Virus record (IMG/VR): IMGVR_UViG_3300035208_003115
Source of the DNA: a virus
Lineage: Duplodnaviria > Caudoviricetes
Length of the DNA stretch: 64,000 bases
Direction: 5' to 3' (one strand)
Part shown: positions 8,865 to 20,035 of the stretch, one piece after another
How positions within the stretch are numbered: the stretch's first letter is position 1
Layout: each line of letters starts with the position of its first letter
The notes under the pieces: model-generated
What the model was told of the DNA's origin: nothing
The model's input: the letters and a program-made list of their open reading frames with translations, nothing else
The model's database searches: none
Position numbers and translations under genes: made by a program

Positions 8865-11558
8865 TTACGAGATTTTAACTCTGTAACTTTGAAGTTTGGG
8901 CGTAATATCCTTGTTATTGGATTTAAGGACCGCCTTAAACCGGATTTGTTTGTGGGCTTCTGTATCTTGGGTGCTGTGGTAGGAGAACTTAATAATGCTT
9001 CTCTCGTCTTCTCGGGGGGTAGACCTGACATCAAGAAGGTTTACATAGGGATCCAAGCTGGAATTACCTACGATTTTGAAGTAAAGCTTGGGCATGACGC
9101 AGCCAGTCATGTCAATTTCTGTTCCATCATAGACCGGGAGAACCTGAGGGGTCTCATCGGAGAAGCTGCTATGGGCGGTATAGGCCTGGGACGGCGTAGC
9201 GTAGCATCCATCTTGAATGGTTGTCCATTCATGGCCAGCCGGCAGATATATCGGTTCCGTATATAGGGTATAATTAGTCTTAAAGATAGGCGGGAACAAT
9301 TTATATACCGCGTTACTTAGGTCTATTTTGGAACCCGTAATAAAGTAGACCTTGATATACCTCGCATAAACGGGGGTATCAAAGATAGTTGCACCGAAGA
9401 GCTCCATTCCCCCTGCTGGTAATTCAATATCTGGGCTGACTACAGTATAATCTATTCCGTCCATAGAGGCATAGACCCTGAAAGAAGTAGGAACCGATGT
9501 ATCAAGGGTAATCTGGAACTCGTTAACCCAACGCGGATTAACAACTTCGGGAGGACCCGGCTCTACGTCGGTGGCGAATTCCAAAAATGCACCAGCATTG
9601 ATTAGGCCGGATGGCGAGGTTACTGACATCGAGGCTCTAGAAAGGGGAATATCTGAACTTAGATATGATCCATCCCCGCGCTCTCCCGGCTCGAAAGTCT
9701 CGGCATAATCAGTTGTAAGATCCTGAAGCTTATAGGTCATAGGATTAATGATGACCTTGCCCATTTCTTGGTTATAGGTAAAGATTCCCAGGTTGTTATC
9801 TTCATAATCATTATAGAATTCAAACGGGGAAACATATCTCATATTCCAGGCAAAGTATTTATCGCAATTCTGGGAAATCTCTGCCTGATGTTGATATAGG
9901 TCATCTGTCGCTATCTGGTGAAGACCGTTACTGAGAGATACAATTCCATTAACCTTTTTACCATCAAGGATAAGAGGAGTTGCACCAAAGTCGATAGATG
10001 AACCTGCCTCATTATTTATTAGAACATTTGTAACGAAGTAGTCTTCTCCCAATCCGGATGGAGGGACTCTATACCCCGCGTTATTTTCGTATCCCGAATC
10101 GACCTCGATTCCCTCGTTCCTATATACTGATAGTGTCTGGGCAATCGTATCTCCATACTCAAGATTAATGGGGCTAATTCCCGAGATGTCAGAGGTGAGG
10201 TCTGATACTTCAATTGTTAGTCTCCCAGACTCTAAAGCCCACTGATGAAGGCCCGAAACGTCCGCAGTGCTGATCTCTGATTCGTTCGTCCCAAATGATC
10301 CCAAGTCTACAATCTTTGAGTATTTAATATTATCTACATTCGTTGGAGTAATGGGGATATCATTCTCGGCCCCAAGATTACCAGAGACAGTAAGGAAGTA
10401 TTCAATATCGGTGTCTACTGGTTTACTTTCGCATACTTCACACGCGACACGCCCGATTGGCCTATCTACATCTGGGAATGTAATGGGGATTGAATATAGT
10501 GTATCTCCGCCCACGGCATCGCTATACTGCGTGCGGATAAAGTTTATATTCTGGAATCCGATAACGAAGGTATGCCCATTATCTGGAACGTTTTTAGTAA
10601 TTAGGAAACGAAAGTGGGTAGCATATACGGTGTTGAAGCTAAGAGAAGCTGCTTGAGTCACGTATAGCGGGTTTGATGGGCTTGGTGCCTCTAGATACGA
10701 AGTCCCATCTTGGGAGTAGAATACCTGAACTTGTAGTTGGTTGTTATAGTTCGACATCTTCGTCTGGAATTCTACCCGGTTGATAGCAATCGGATCGAGC
10801 GGAGATACCCGAACGGTGAGTTGAGCAACCATGGGGTCGGAGTTTGTAGTCGTTATTTCCCGCTGCCAGGCTACTGCTTTGTTATTAAAGATGTCATTAA
10901 GCTCAGCTTGACTAAGAGAAACAACCGATAGGGTTGGATTTAGAACGGAGAAAGATATCTCTGTCGGTCTATTCTGGAGAAATTGTAGATTAATAACCTC
11001 ATCGGCCCAACCTATCCCCGGGATACCCGTTTCGGTATCTCTTGATAGCTCAACCTCTCCAGAGTCCACGTTAACCATAGCCGTTGTTTGATGCGTGGTG
11101 TCATAGGAAACTTTACTCTTATCATCAAAGGTATCGAAGAAAGAGTAGAGGAACCCATCTGTGTTATTTGCCAGTAATAGAAGGTTCTCAATACGGCCCA
11201 AAAGCTTGTTGACTCTAACTCTAATAAGATTAGCAGTCATCATGTATACGGCCAAACGGTCTGTTAGTGTCTTGGCATTGCTGATGAAGTCTCGGTATAA
11301 GATCTTAATATCTTCTGCGGCCGATGACTGGGTCAGATTCCACTTATTGAAATCTGACGGCTCCCGATAGGACAGATCTGTCTTTTCCCAGAGAGGTGTA
11401 TTTACAACGTATTCATCAGCTACTACATTGTAGTAGTCGGAAAGTTGACTAGATAGTTCACCCTCAACAACCAGGGTATCCGGTATCTCGCCATTTAGGA
11501 GATATCTCTTTATAATATTATCTGTTCTGATTGCCAGACGTTCCGATGAGACAGACAT
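8865..11558 (-). CDS. Baseplate/fibre-base structural protein, paralog 3, with discoidin-like beta-sandwiches
   Basis: N-terminal helix WN...EDIKILY; two Y-S-x-DG-x-x-Y...A-x-x-(F/I) sandwich motifs; C-terminal TPKLQSYRVK. Confidence 0.6.
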   Translation of the reverse strand: MSVSSERLAIRTDNIIKRYLLNGEIPDTLVVEGELSSQLSDYYNVVADEYVVNTPLWEKTDLSYREPSDFNKWNLTQSSAAEDIKILYRDFISNAKTLTDRLAVYMMTANLIRVRVNKLLGRIENLLLLANNTDGFLYSFFDTFDDKSKVSYDTTHQTTAMVNVDSGEVELSRDTETGIPGIGWADEVINLQFLQNRPTEISFSVLNPTLSVVSLSQAELNDIFNNKAVAWQREITTTNSDPMVAQLTVRVSPLDPIAINRVEFQTKMSNYNNQLQVQVFYSQDGTSYLEAPSPSNPLYVTQAASLSFNTVYATHFRFLITKNVPDNGHTFVIGFQNINFIRTQYSDAVGGDTLYSIPITFPDVDRPIGRVACEVCESKPVDTDIEYFLTVSGNLGAENDIPITPTNVDNIKYSKIVDLGSFGTNESEISTADVSGLHQWALESGRLTIEVSDLTSDISGISPINLEYGDTIAQTLSVYRNEGIEVDSGYENNAGYRVPPSGLGEDYFVTNVLINNEAGSSIDFGATPLILDGKKVNGIVSLSNGLHQIATDDLYQHQAEISQNCDKYFAWNMRYVSPFEFYNDYEDNNLGIFTYNQEMGKVIINPMTYKLQDLTTDYAETFEPGERGDGSYLSSDIPLSRASMSVTSPSGLINAGAFLEFATDVEPGPPEVVNPRWVNEFQITLDTSVPTSFRVYASMDGIDYTVVSPDIELPAGGMELFGATIFDTPVYARYIKVYFITGSKIDLSNAVYKLFPPIFKTNYTLYTEPIYLPAGHEWTTIQDGCYATPSQAYTAHSSFSDETPQVLPVYDGTEIDMTGCVMPKLYFKIVGNSSLDPYVNLLDVRSTPREDERSIIKFSYHSTQDTEAHKQIRFKAVLKSNNKDITPKLQSYRVKIS

Positions 11559-13063
11559 TATAGGTCCTCACGGGTTATTACTTGCAGGTCTAATCTTCTT
11601 AGAACCGGGGAGTAGAAGGGGATTAGATTAGGATCAAGGATAAGGTCTGGGTTCTTCTGCATGCTAACCCGATATCGGACCGCATTAGACTCTATCGTAG
11701 AGTTGAGATGATCGACCCCCTCTGTTAGCCCACTTCCGTCTACAGAGTTTACATACATAACTTCGGGATATAGCCCCGCTCCACCCATATAAGAAGGGGA
11801 CATTTCTTTCCAAGTCATTCCGCCATCGACAGAGATTTCGTGGTTTATCTCTGCCCCATTAGTATTCTCTCCATCTTCATACGCCAATCTTGGGAATTCG
11901 TTTGCGTCTATGAGGATCTGGGATATGCCCTGTGGAATAATATAGTCCTTGGAAACTAATTGAGACGAATCCGCATATTCTTTTCCTGCTATCTCGATGT
12001 TCTTAATCCCAATTGCCCACCGATATAAATCACGGATAGAGTCAAAGTATGGAGAAGTTTGCTCGATTAGAACATGGATATACTGCGCCTCCATTGGGAG
12101 GAAGCTATATCTGCCCTCTCCTGCATAATTACTCGTATAGGGAGCGAGAACAAACTGAGTATCGTTCGCCTCATCTGTTAGCAGCGCATCACGAATACTA
12201 AATAAGTCTATCCCGTCTGTCGATATATCGAGAGCGAGTATTTTGGGCCATGTTTTAGTTCCGTAATTATTGGGGACTATTCTTATATAGTTTATAATTT
12301 TGGGTGTCTTAAGTTTAATAGTAAAGTCCAGAACGAGTCTATACTCCTCGAACTCTGACGAGGTATGCTCGTACTGAAATAGATAAAAGTCTCCACTGGC
12401 TATCGTTTTCAGTAAAGAAGTATTGGCAAAGGCCGTTCCAGTACTGTTAACCGCCGAGATTGCAATGCTCTCAACATCTTCTTGTGTTGCTATTCCCTCT
12501 AGCACAGAACCCTTAGTAGCTAAGGTGATTATGCCTTGGACTGTATCAACGGCACATTCTGAATCCTGGACAAAGGTAGAGCCTATATCAAGTTGCGATA
12601 TATCATTGAAGTTTTCGACAAGTGTTCTCTTGTTCGGGTCTGTAGTAGAAGCATATAGCTCATAAGAGGCGAGACGAGCATTGGCAGATTTTAATTGTAA
12701 AAGAAGACCTTGAATATCTGCTGTAACATAGTTATGGTTATCACTAACCATCTTCCCGATTCGTTCTGCTTCTTTATATAGAGCCGTAAGATCTTGGCCA
12801 ACCGCGCTCCAAAAACTATTGTAATAGGAGGATGAGTTAATACTCCCATAGGGAATAGTCAGAACAGCTTCAGCCGTAGCAGAGTCCTGGAGACTATTAA
12901 GAAAATCCTGAATAGCCAACTGAACCGAGGACGTTAAATCTCCGCGAGATGAGTCATCTCTAACCGTGAATTTATTATCACGGATAAGCTGGTCAATCTC
13001 CTTTAGCTTATCCTCTAAAAGAGACTTAACTAGGGCGGATTCTTTGATTATGATTTCGGCCAT
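11558..13063 (-). CDS. Baseplate structural protein, paralog 2
   Basis: YN...QDLTALYKEA helix; ISTDGIDL and ISVDGGMTW motifs; C-terminal SPVLRRLDL. Confidence 0.6.
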   Translation of the reverse strand: MAEIIIKESALVKSLLEDKLKEIDQLIRDNKFTVRDDSSRGDLTSSVQLAIQDFLNSLQDSATAEAVLTIPYGSINSSSYYNSFWSAVGQDLTALYKEAERIGKMVSDNHNYVTADIQGLLLQLKSANARLASYELYASTTDPNKRTLVENFNDISQLDIGSTFVQDSECAVDTVQGIITLATKGSVLEGIATQEDVESIAISAVNSTGTAFANTSLLKTIASGDFYLFQYEHTSSEFEEYRLVLDFTIKLKTPKIINYIRIVPNNYGTKTWPKILALDISTDGIDLFSIRDALLTDEANDTQFVLAPYTSNYAGEGRYSFLPMEAQYIHVLIEQTSPYFDSIRDLYRWAIGIKNIEIAGKEYADSSQLVSKDYIIPQGISQILIDANEFPRLAYEDGENTNGAEINHEISVDGGMTWKEMSPSYMGGAGLYPEVMYVNSVDGSGLTEGVDHLNSTIESNAVRYRVSMQKNPDLILDPNLIPFYSPVLRRLDLQVITREDL

Positions 13064-13065
13064 TG

Positions 13066-14898
13066 TTAACTCGAGTATTTTTTGTATTTGAGTGAATAGG
13101 ATCGGACAGACGGCGTGAGGAGCTTATTCGGGTCGATACTGCGCATGAATATCCGCAGATTAATTATAGCATTATCGAATCTCTCTGTCTCGACGACATA
13201 TGACTCTATTACTGGCTCATAGCTAACTGTAAAGTTAGATGTTCTTACCGTAGGCCAGCCAAGATTATCGCCTATAATCTGAACCGTTACCTTCTTTGTT
13301 GTAGGGTCCTGGACCAGATTATAGTGAGTCGTTTCGGTTAGTAGGCTTGAGTTCATTTTTACAACTATACTCGTAAGGTCGTCAACGCCAAACCTTGTGG
13401 TTGCAACCCAGTAAGGAGTAGAGTACGAACAGTCTAGAATCTCTGAATCTACACTTTCTCCTGCTGGAAGAATTGGTTGAGGAATAAGGGTTTCAGATGT
13501 CCCATCTGTATCCGAAAGAGATATAAGAACATCATACTCAATAGGAGTTAGCTCGGTAGAAGTCTGATTAGTTTCCAGTCCAATTGCTCCTAGTTTTTCA
13601 ACCGCCAGAGGATCCGAAACATAGATGCCGTTACTCTTATATTGAAGCTGGGATAACTCTAGCGTTTTGATCCCGTAGAGATACTCATATGTATCGACTA
13701 TCTCCGATTCACTGAGAAGGCTCTTATTAATTCCAAGTGCTCTTTTCATGTTGGTAGACATGGCAAAGTAGACACTATCGGGAGTTCCTACGGAGCTATC
13801 AATGTCGAGTTCTTGGCCGGTAGACAAATCAAAGAGCCTAGTAATTGTGTCGTTGGATGAATTTGTCATATATCTTAAGAGAGAGAAGTTGTCCTGCTCT
13901 ATCCCGAACTTAAGTTGTTCTGCATATATCGTTGAGAACTCAATTAGGGTCTTAGAGGTTAGCAAAATAGGATAGGTAAGCGAATCAATCGAAGTAAAGT
14001 CAGAGGTCGATAGTTTATTTTTCTTATAAGAGATGTTTGTAATCTTATAGGGATGTCTGGCGAATGGATCAATTATGATTCTAGATAGTTGTTGAACTCC
14101 CAGAAGAGTAACAATTAAGTCCGTGGTTGCCGGAGTAACAGGAACGGCTCCGTTAACATCAACAGTCTCCGCCCAGTATGTGGTTTTGTCGTTGTCTATG
14201 AGCTTCCCGAGAGCGTATGGAGCTTCTTCTTCGAGATAAATCCCACTACTAAGAGTCGTGATTCCTGGAGGAACTTGGTTCTGAATTTCAGCTGAGTCGA
14301 GACGATAGGCGATAGCCTTGTCAACCGGAAGATGGAGGGCTTCGTTTTCAACGACGGCGTCATATTCTTCCGATAGATAACCCGGGCCATCCACAATGAA
14401 GGGCTCATTATTTAGGGTCTGGTATCTCTCGAGTCGATTTGTATTATCTTCCTCAAAAGAATTAAATGATGAGGAGACATACCCATCCGTATTTGCGGAT
14501 AGGATCTCAAGAACATCTATCTTGCGTTCCATCCGACCTATTGCGGCGATAATAGACGAGAGATTGGCTTCGGTAATCTGGTTATGGTCAGAAGCTAATT
14601 GCCCAAGGAGAGCTGCCTCGGTATACAACGACTTGAGATCTCCTATTGCTTTAGACTCCATATCATTAAAGTTAGCAGAGCTGGTAAGGCCATTTTGGAT
14701 GGCCTTCTTCAACTTAAATGATGGGGTTCCAATTGTTGTTTCTAAGGATTGGAGGCCGGTCGCAAGGCGAGCTTCGTATTCTCCTAGTGTTGAAAGTTCA
14801 CCTGTGTTTATATCCCCGAACAGAGTATTAAGTAATCTCTGTCTTTGGCTAGACGGGATAGAGCTGAGATAAGTATTGAGATAAGACCAGGAGGGCAT
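13066..14898 (-). CDS. Baseplate structural protein, paralog 1
   Basis: FN...GDLKSLYTEA helix; LIDNDKTTYW discoidin-like motif; C-terminal TPSVRSYSLK. Confidence 0.6.
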   Translation of the reverse strand: MPSWSYLNTYLSSIPSSQRQRLLNTLFGDINTGELSTLGEYEARLATGLQSLETTIGTPSFKLKKAIQNGLTSSANFNDMESKAIGDLKSLYTEAALLGQLASDHNQITEANLSSIIAAIGRMERKIDVLEILSANTDGYVSSSFNSFEEDNTNRLERYQTLNNEPFIVDGPGYLSEEYDAVVENEALHLPVDKAIAYRLDSAEIQNQVPPGITTLSSGIYLEEEAPYALGKLIDNDKTTYWAETVDVNGAVPVTPATTDLIVTLLGVQQLSRIIIDPFARHPYKITNISYKKNKLSTSDFTSIDSLTYPILLTSKTLIEFSTIYAEQLKFGIEQDNFSLLRYMTNSSNDTITRLFDLSTGQELDIDSSVGTPDSVYFAMSTNMKRALGINKSLLSESEIVDTYEYLYGIKTLELSQLQYKSNGIYVSDPLAVEKLGAIGLETNQTSTELTPIEYDVLISLSDTDGTSETLIPQPILPAGESVDSEILDCSYSTPYWVATTRFGVDDLTSIVVKMNSSLLTETTHYNLVQDPTTKKVTVQIIGDNLGWPTVRTSNFTVSYEPVIESYVVETERFDNAIINLRIFMRSIDPNKLLTPSVRSYSLKYKKYSS

Positions 14899-16922
14899 TA
14901 GAAGTAATTCCTATCTAGCGGAGGGTGAGCCGATACGACTTCGCCATTGTCATCTAGGATCGTGTCCACTATCTGTCCCGTTGTGTGGTCGTAGAACCTG
15001 ACAATAGGCATCACCCCTGCTGCTATATGCTTTTTACAAGTAGTAACTAAGTCTCTCATCGTAGACTGAATTGTCTCCGGAGTTTTTGTAGTCAAAGATG
15101 TCAGCTTCTCTATTGGTAACTGGATAATGACAACGGAGTTTCCGGGGAAAGTTGCCCCATCCCAGTTTCTGAACCTATACATTCCGTAGGTGTTTGCCTC
15201 GATTAGGTCCACACTATCTTGTGGTAGAGGGTTAATTAGTCCGCCCCCAAGGATTCTAGTATCAACTAAATTCTCGTCCGTTATATCTCTTATGGATGAA
15301 GAGGGAGAAAGGAATATCCTCGCGAGTTCCACAAACTTTGTCTGGTCATCACCCTCTTGAGGCAGATTGTTAGCCTTATATGCTTGATAGAACGCATCAA
15401 TTGTTGTTCCCGTTACGGATAAACCATTGGAGCTATCTACGATATTTTCGTCTGCATCAAATCGAATCCACTCAACTGTGCTAGGTAGAGTAAATGAAAG
15501 GTCTTCTAATGAGGAACCAACAATACCGGGGTACCCATAAGCCTTGGCTGGTTTGAGATATATCGAGATGCCACCACCCAAGATTGCTTTATTGGCTAGA
15601 GGGTTGAAGTTAATCTTGTTAAAGGTATATTCTTCTTCGATATAGTAGTAGCAGGCAACGATTTCATCAGTAGTATAAATCGCGTTATCCTTCTCGTTGA
15701 AGGCACTTCCATCGGGCATCGTTCCCTTTAATCCCGCGATTCTTACTAGCCCACTATTTCTATCGATGTCTTCGATATCTAGTTCTTGCCATCCAATTGA
15801 GGCCCAGTCTGGTGCCGTTTGAGAAAGAGCGGTAGTGGCCACTGCTGTGCTCGTATTAAGGCCCGCACTATTGATAATGGCGTTGACATCATTCGAAGTT
15901 GTGGACGGGTCGTGGATAGTTCTGTCTATACTCCGACGAATGTATATGCGTATATTTCTAAGCTCATCCGTGTCGTTAAACTTAGCGAGTGGTGTCTGCT
16001 TAAGTCTCAGCATATCGTTATCTATAAAAGTGGGCTTCTCAAGGGCCTGAAGTTTATATGGATATAGGGGCTTCCAGCTCTGGGAAGAATACTCGGGCAG
16101 AAAATATTCATAAACGTTGCCGTCTTGTATTCTTTTAAAGTATCCATTTGTAATCTGAACATACCAGGGATCAGTTTGTGAAGTTACCTGGACGGGATGT
16201 TTAACATAAATTTTGGTGGTTCCGATGTTCTTGATACTATATTCAATCCCGCTATCGGGTACGACAATAAGCCAGCGGTTATCGCCTCCTGGATTGGCGA
16301 CCAGGGTATACTCGTTGTCGTCTAGTATCTCTGTGTCTACTTTCGTATAGAGAGGTTCTACGGATAGGAGCCGTCTAACTTCATCTCGATTGCTCATATA
16401 GACTAACGTATAGGTCTCGTCTAGAGTATTAATAAGGTCGGTATATAGGGAGACAGGACTTACTGTTGAGTCAAACTTATAGTGATCATCCGGAACCAAG
16501 TCTCCGTTTTTATCATAGATTCTAATATTATAGGCCCCGCTAGGAGGCTTATCGGGAATGTAATCAGTTCCGAATCTATGGATATACCATAATGGTCTTA
16601 TGGGAATAGTCGGGTTAAGAGCTACTAGGGTATTCCCGTCGTTAGGAGTTGCATTACCATACTCGCTAGTAATTAGAAAATTATATGAGTCATTAATAAT
16701 GTTCCCCGTTCCCGCAGGATAGCTGATAATAGAGTTAGCGAAAAGAACACCGTTCTCAGGGAATCCACTGTAGGATCGATCAATAATCCGAAGATTACCA
16801 GCATCTCCCGATGGGTCCAACTCGGGCACATTGACATAGGCGAGGTTAGCCCCTTGAAGAGTTCCTAGCGGATACTCTTTTGGAACTGACCTCGAATATC
16901 TAAAATAGAAGTTACCGTTCAT
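14898..16922 (-). CDS. Baseplate/tail structural protein
   Basis: Long beta-rich ORF in the baseplate block; C-terminal DTRILGGG...WDG...KHIAAG resembling wedge-type modules. Confidence 0.55.
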   Translation of the reverse strand: MNGNFYFRYSRSVPKEYPLGTLQGANLAYVNVPELDPSGDAGNLRIIDRSYSGFPENGVLFANSIISYPAGTGNIINDSYNFLITSEYGNATPNDGNTLVALNPTIPIRPLWYIHRFGTDYIPDKPPSGAYNIRIYDKNGDLVPDDHYKFDSTVSPVSLYTDLINTLDETYTLVYMSNRDEVRRLLSVEPLYTKVDTEILDDNEYTLVANPGGDNRWLIVVPDSGIEYSIKNIGTTKIYVKHPVQVTSQTDPWYVQITNGYFKRIQDGNVYEYFLPEYSSQSWKPLYPYKLQALEKPTFIDNDMLRLKQTPLAKFNDTDELRNIRIYIRRSIDRTIHDPSTTSNDVNAIINSAGLNTSTAVATTALSQTAPDWASIGWQELDIEDIDRNSGLVRIAGLKGTMPDGSAFNEKDNAIYTTDEIVACYYYIEEEYTFNKINFNPLANKAILGGGISIYLKPAKAYGYPGIVGSSLEDLSFTLPSTVEWIRFDADENIVDSSNGLSVTGTTIDAFYQAYKANNLPQEGDDQTKFVELARIFLSPSSSIRDITDENLVDTRILGGGLINPLPQDSVDLIEANTYGMYRFRNWDGATFPGNSVVIIQLPIEKLTSLTTKTPETIQSTMRDLVTTCKKHIAAGVMPIVRFYDHTTGQIVDTILDDNGEVVSAHPPLDRNYF

Positions 16923-16925
16923 TGT

Positions 16926-18653
16926 TTACCAATCCCGTCTCCATGCTAGCCATCTTGTGTCTACTCCCCCGGGGTTTGGGAGATAGGAGTATCCAACCCA
17001 AGATATTTCAACACGACCGGGGTCTCCATTTCCTGGCCATGTTTGGACACTAGCAGAAGGAAAACCATACCATATTTTCCCATCCGCACCGCAACCACCC
17101 GTTCCATAACCGTTGTTGGAAACTGCAGCGCCACCCGAGTACCAGCCATCTCCTACTCTCGGCTTAGTGCTATGGCTCCTAATTACGAACGAACCACCAC
17201 TTCCGGGAGAGACATATATAGAGTTGCCCTCGGCATAATATACCCCAGTGTTAGATGCTGACGATACTACCGTAAGATTTGTTTGCCCCAATAGATTCGG
17301 AGTAAGGGATGTTGACCCAACTACTGGGGGCCGAGTGTATGACCCAGTTGAAGAGTATTCGGCAGATATACCCGGGGCCAGGCGCCCTGATCCACCGATC
17401 CCGCCCTGTCCTCCGTTGCATCTCGCCAGTTCATACTCGACGCTCGTTTTAGAATTATAGTATCTAATCCATGATGCTCCACCACTTATTGAAGAAACAG
17501 GGAGAACAGCTGATCCTTGATCTGCTCCAAGTGCCCAGTTATATACGCTACTATGATAGGGGTATCCATTGGCTCCAGTATAAATTATGAACCTATCACC
17601 AGCGTTAAATCCACTGATGGTAAAGGTGAGATACCCTCCCGGAGCTCCACCTGTTCCAGTAGACAAGCCAGTACCACTAAACGTGGCATTGTCTTTATTG
17701 CTATCCCAGATGGAAACAGCTCTGCCACCGCCGCCTCCACCACCCCAGAGTTTGAAGGTTAGGGAGTCAATGTTCGCGCCATTCGGAACCGTAAAGGTTC
17801 TAGTCTGAGCTGATGCAGAGAAAATTAATGGGGAGAATCTATTCGGATATGTTAGTTTTTGAACCAACACATTCTGTAAGAGATTCTCATATTCATTAAG
17901 TCTTTCTAGCCTTTCGTCTATTGTTAGTGGCCATATGCCACTTGTGTCCGGATAGACTGTTGTATCGGGAACAACGGGGATTCCGTGAGAGTCATAGCTA
18001 TAAACCAAGGGAGAGGGAATAACCCAACCCGATACCACGGCATAGGAGGAATAGTCATCAACCCCGATTACATTATTCATCGGGGGATAGCCACCCAGTT
18101 GACCCGAGACGATGGGGCTTATTGTGCTCCCCTGATTAATCGCCGTTATAGGATTGTAGGCAATAAGTCGAGGGCTACTAGGGCCCGACGCCGTATAAAT
18201 CCCCACTCTCTTATTCTCGATGAATACAGAAATCTCGTCTGTGATACTTTTTGTAAGAGAAACCCCGAAGGTTGTTGCTCCTTGGTTCCAGTAGCATGGA
18301 TCTGCCGGGAACGCCATATCTCCTATGGCATTTTCTAAGAGATTTATGCCATCAGAAATTCCAGAAGGAACGGAGTCTGGGTATCCGGATAGTGGGGCGA
18401 TATAGCTCGGGTTACAATAGGTTTCAATATCTCCGAGCCAACTAGCTAGGGTTTTTGTCCCACTAGTGATTGCTTCATTGTAGTTGAAACTTTCTAAGTC
18501 TCCCAATATCCGAGCGGTAATATCTATGCTTCTCCCAGCTTGGCTGAAGAGAACATCGAACGACTCGTGAGGGATAGGATAAGCCTTGCTGAATTCGGTT
18601 GTGATATAACCGATTCCTACGAGACTACTATTTTGGAAGACGTTATAACTCAT
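16926..18653 (-). CDS. Tail fibre/receptor-binding protein with glycine-rich C-terminal domain
   Basis: TFTVPNG...KLWGGGGGGG...GGAPGGY...GNGDPGRVEISW, the glycine-rich domain common at phage fibre tips. Confidence 0.65.
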   Translation of the reverse strand: MSYNVFQNSSLVGIGYITTEFSKAYPIPHESFDVLFSQAGRSIDITARILGDLESFNYNEAITSGTKTLASWLGDIETYCNPSYIAPLSGYPDSVPSGISDGINLLENAIGDMAFPADPCYWNQGATTFGVSLTKSITDEISVFIENKRVGIYTASGPSSPRLIAYNPITAINQGSTISPIVSGQLGGYPPMNNVIGVDDYSSYAVVSGWVIPSPLVYSYDSHGIPVVPDTTVYPDTSGIWPLTIDERLERLNEYENLLQNVLVQKLTYPNRFSPLIFSASAQTRTFTVPNGANIDSLTFKLWGGGGGGGRAVSIWDSNKDNATFSGTGLSTGTGGAPGGYLTFTISGFNAGDRFIIYTGANGYPYHSSVYNWALGADQGSAVLPVSSISGGASWIRYYNSKTSVEYELARCNGGQGGIGGSGRLAPGISAEYSSTGSYTRPPVVGSTSLTPNLLGQTNLTVVSSASNTGVYYAEGNSIYVSPGSGGSFVIRSHSTKPRVGDGWYSGGAAVSNNGYGTGGCGADGKIWYGFPSASVQTWPGNGDPGRVEISWVGYSYLPNPGGVDTRWLAWRRDW

Positions 18654-18654
18654 G

Positions 18655-20034
18655 TTATGTTAGCGTCACATTCTGGGTTGTTAGGTCATTAATCGCATCT
18701 GCTAGGAGATTCATATTCGCTTCAGCTTGCTGGAGACGAACATCAATAGCCAATGGAGCTGGTGTTCCATAGTAGCTTGAACCGATTACATTGGTCATCA
18801 TTGATGGCCATAGATTGATCATGCTGTTGACCATGAAGTCTTCTGCTCTCATGAGTCTCATCGGGATTGCAACCGGGATCATAATTGTGAAATAGTCACT
18901 AGCTGAAATAGATCCCTGGTCTTCACTCGCAATATAAACCGTTGGTAAACTTCCATGACCGCTAGCCTCAAAGCAAGCAAAGACCTGGACACCATCAGAC
19001 CTCATTAAAGGAATGCCGGCGTTGGTGTAGACCCTGGCTCTTAAGATATTAGGAGATGAGATTTCTTGGGCTATATCCGTAGCGTTTTTAGCGTAACAAG
19101 TTGTATCTGTTCCTTGAACCGGGGGGATTATTGCTCCCCGGGATAGGAACTCAATTATGTTCGTTGGTGAGGGCGAACAAGATGAGGCAATCCAAGTAGA
19201 TGTATTCCAGGCTTGGGACAAACCCACAGATACGTCAGTTCCTTTCCATGCCGGGTTAGGAACAACTCCATCTCCCTTGCGGATAACAACTTTCCAATTA
19301 GCATAGAAATATTTATTTTCTAGGAAAGTTATTTCCTCTGTTACCGACTTAGGGGCGGTATATGTTTCTAATGTTCCGCTTGTGTCAGCAATGAAACCCA
19401 GAGTTCTAGATGGATACGCGAGAGACCCAATATTAACCAGGGCCTGCATCAGCGACCCAATAACTGTTTGGTTAGGAGCAAGTATTACCATCTGGTAATC
19501 TGGGTTAGAGATATCACTACCGAATAATGCCTCGTTTGTGCCAGGCGTAAAATATAGACTTGTAATGTCTTGCCCCGCAGTGGTTCCAGCCGGAGGGGTG
19601 AAGCTTCCTTCATATGCCCGGACAATAACTTCTTGAGAAATGCTAAAGGCAGCCAGAGCTATATTTATTACCTTGTCCGTAAAAACAACGTTCTCTCCGC
19701 CCAGAAGATAAGTCGAGGAATTCATACTGAGAAGATATTTTCCTCCGTCATACGATCCGACAGTTACCTCGAGCTTATTAAGAAGCTTATTCCCGGTATC
19801 AAAGATTGCGGGTGTCGCAGGTATAATCGATCCAGGGTCAGATAGGAGACCGGCATTGCCAAGGACGGCGGCAATATTACAGATATTCCGTAGGAATGTA
19901 TTCCCGGTGGCCCTTAAGATTTGGTCAGAGGCCTGCTCAAACTTATTTGCGATAGTATTGAGCTTGCCTGCTGTTGGCATTTCACCTTCGATAAACACCG
20001 GCTTATCAAAGTTTATATCGATTTTGTCGTCCAT
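18655..20034 (-). CDS. Tail fibre-associated structural protein
   Basis: N-terminal FIEGEMPTAGKLN anchor-like motif; C-terminal coiled coil IDVRLQQAE, similar to IDERLERLN in the neighbouring gene. Confidence 0.5.
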   Translation of the reverse strand: MDDKIDINFDKPVFIEGEMPTAGKLNTIANKFEQASDQILRATGNTFLRNICNIAAVLGNAGLLSDPGSIIPATPAIFDTGNKLLNKLEVTVGSYDGGKYLLSMNSSTYLLGGENVVFTDKVINIALAAFSISQEVIVRAYEGSFTPPAGTTAGQDITSLYFTPGTNEALFGSDISNPDYQMVILAPNQTVIGSLMQALVNIGSLAYPSRTLGFIADTSGTLETYTAPKSVTEEITFLENKYFYANWKVVIRKGDGVVPNPAWKGTDVSVGLSQAWNTSTWIASSCSPSPTNIIEFLSRGAIIPPVQGTDTTCYAKNATDIAQEISSPNILRARVYTNAGIPLMRSDGVQVFACFEASGHGSLPTVYIASEDQGSISASDYFTIMIPVAIPMRLMRAEDFMVNSMINLWPSMMTNVIGSSYYGTPAPLAIDVRLQQAEANMNLLADAINDLTTQNVTLT

Positions 20035-20035
20035 G

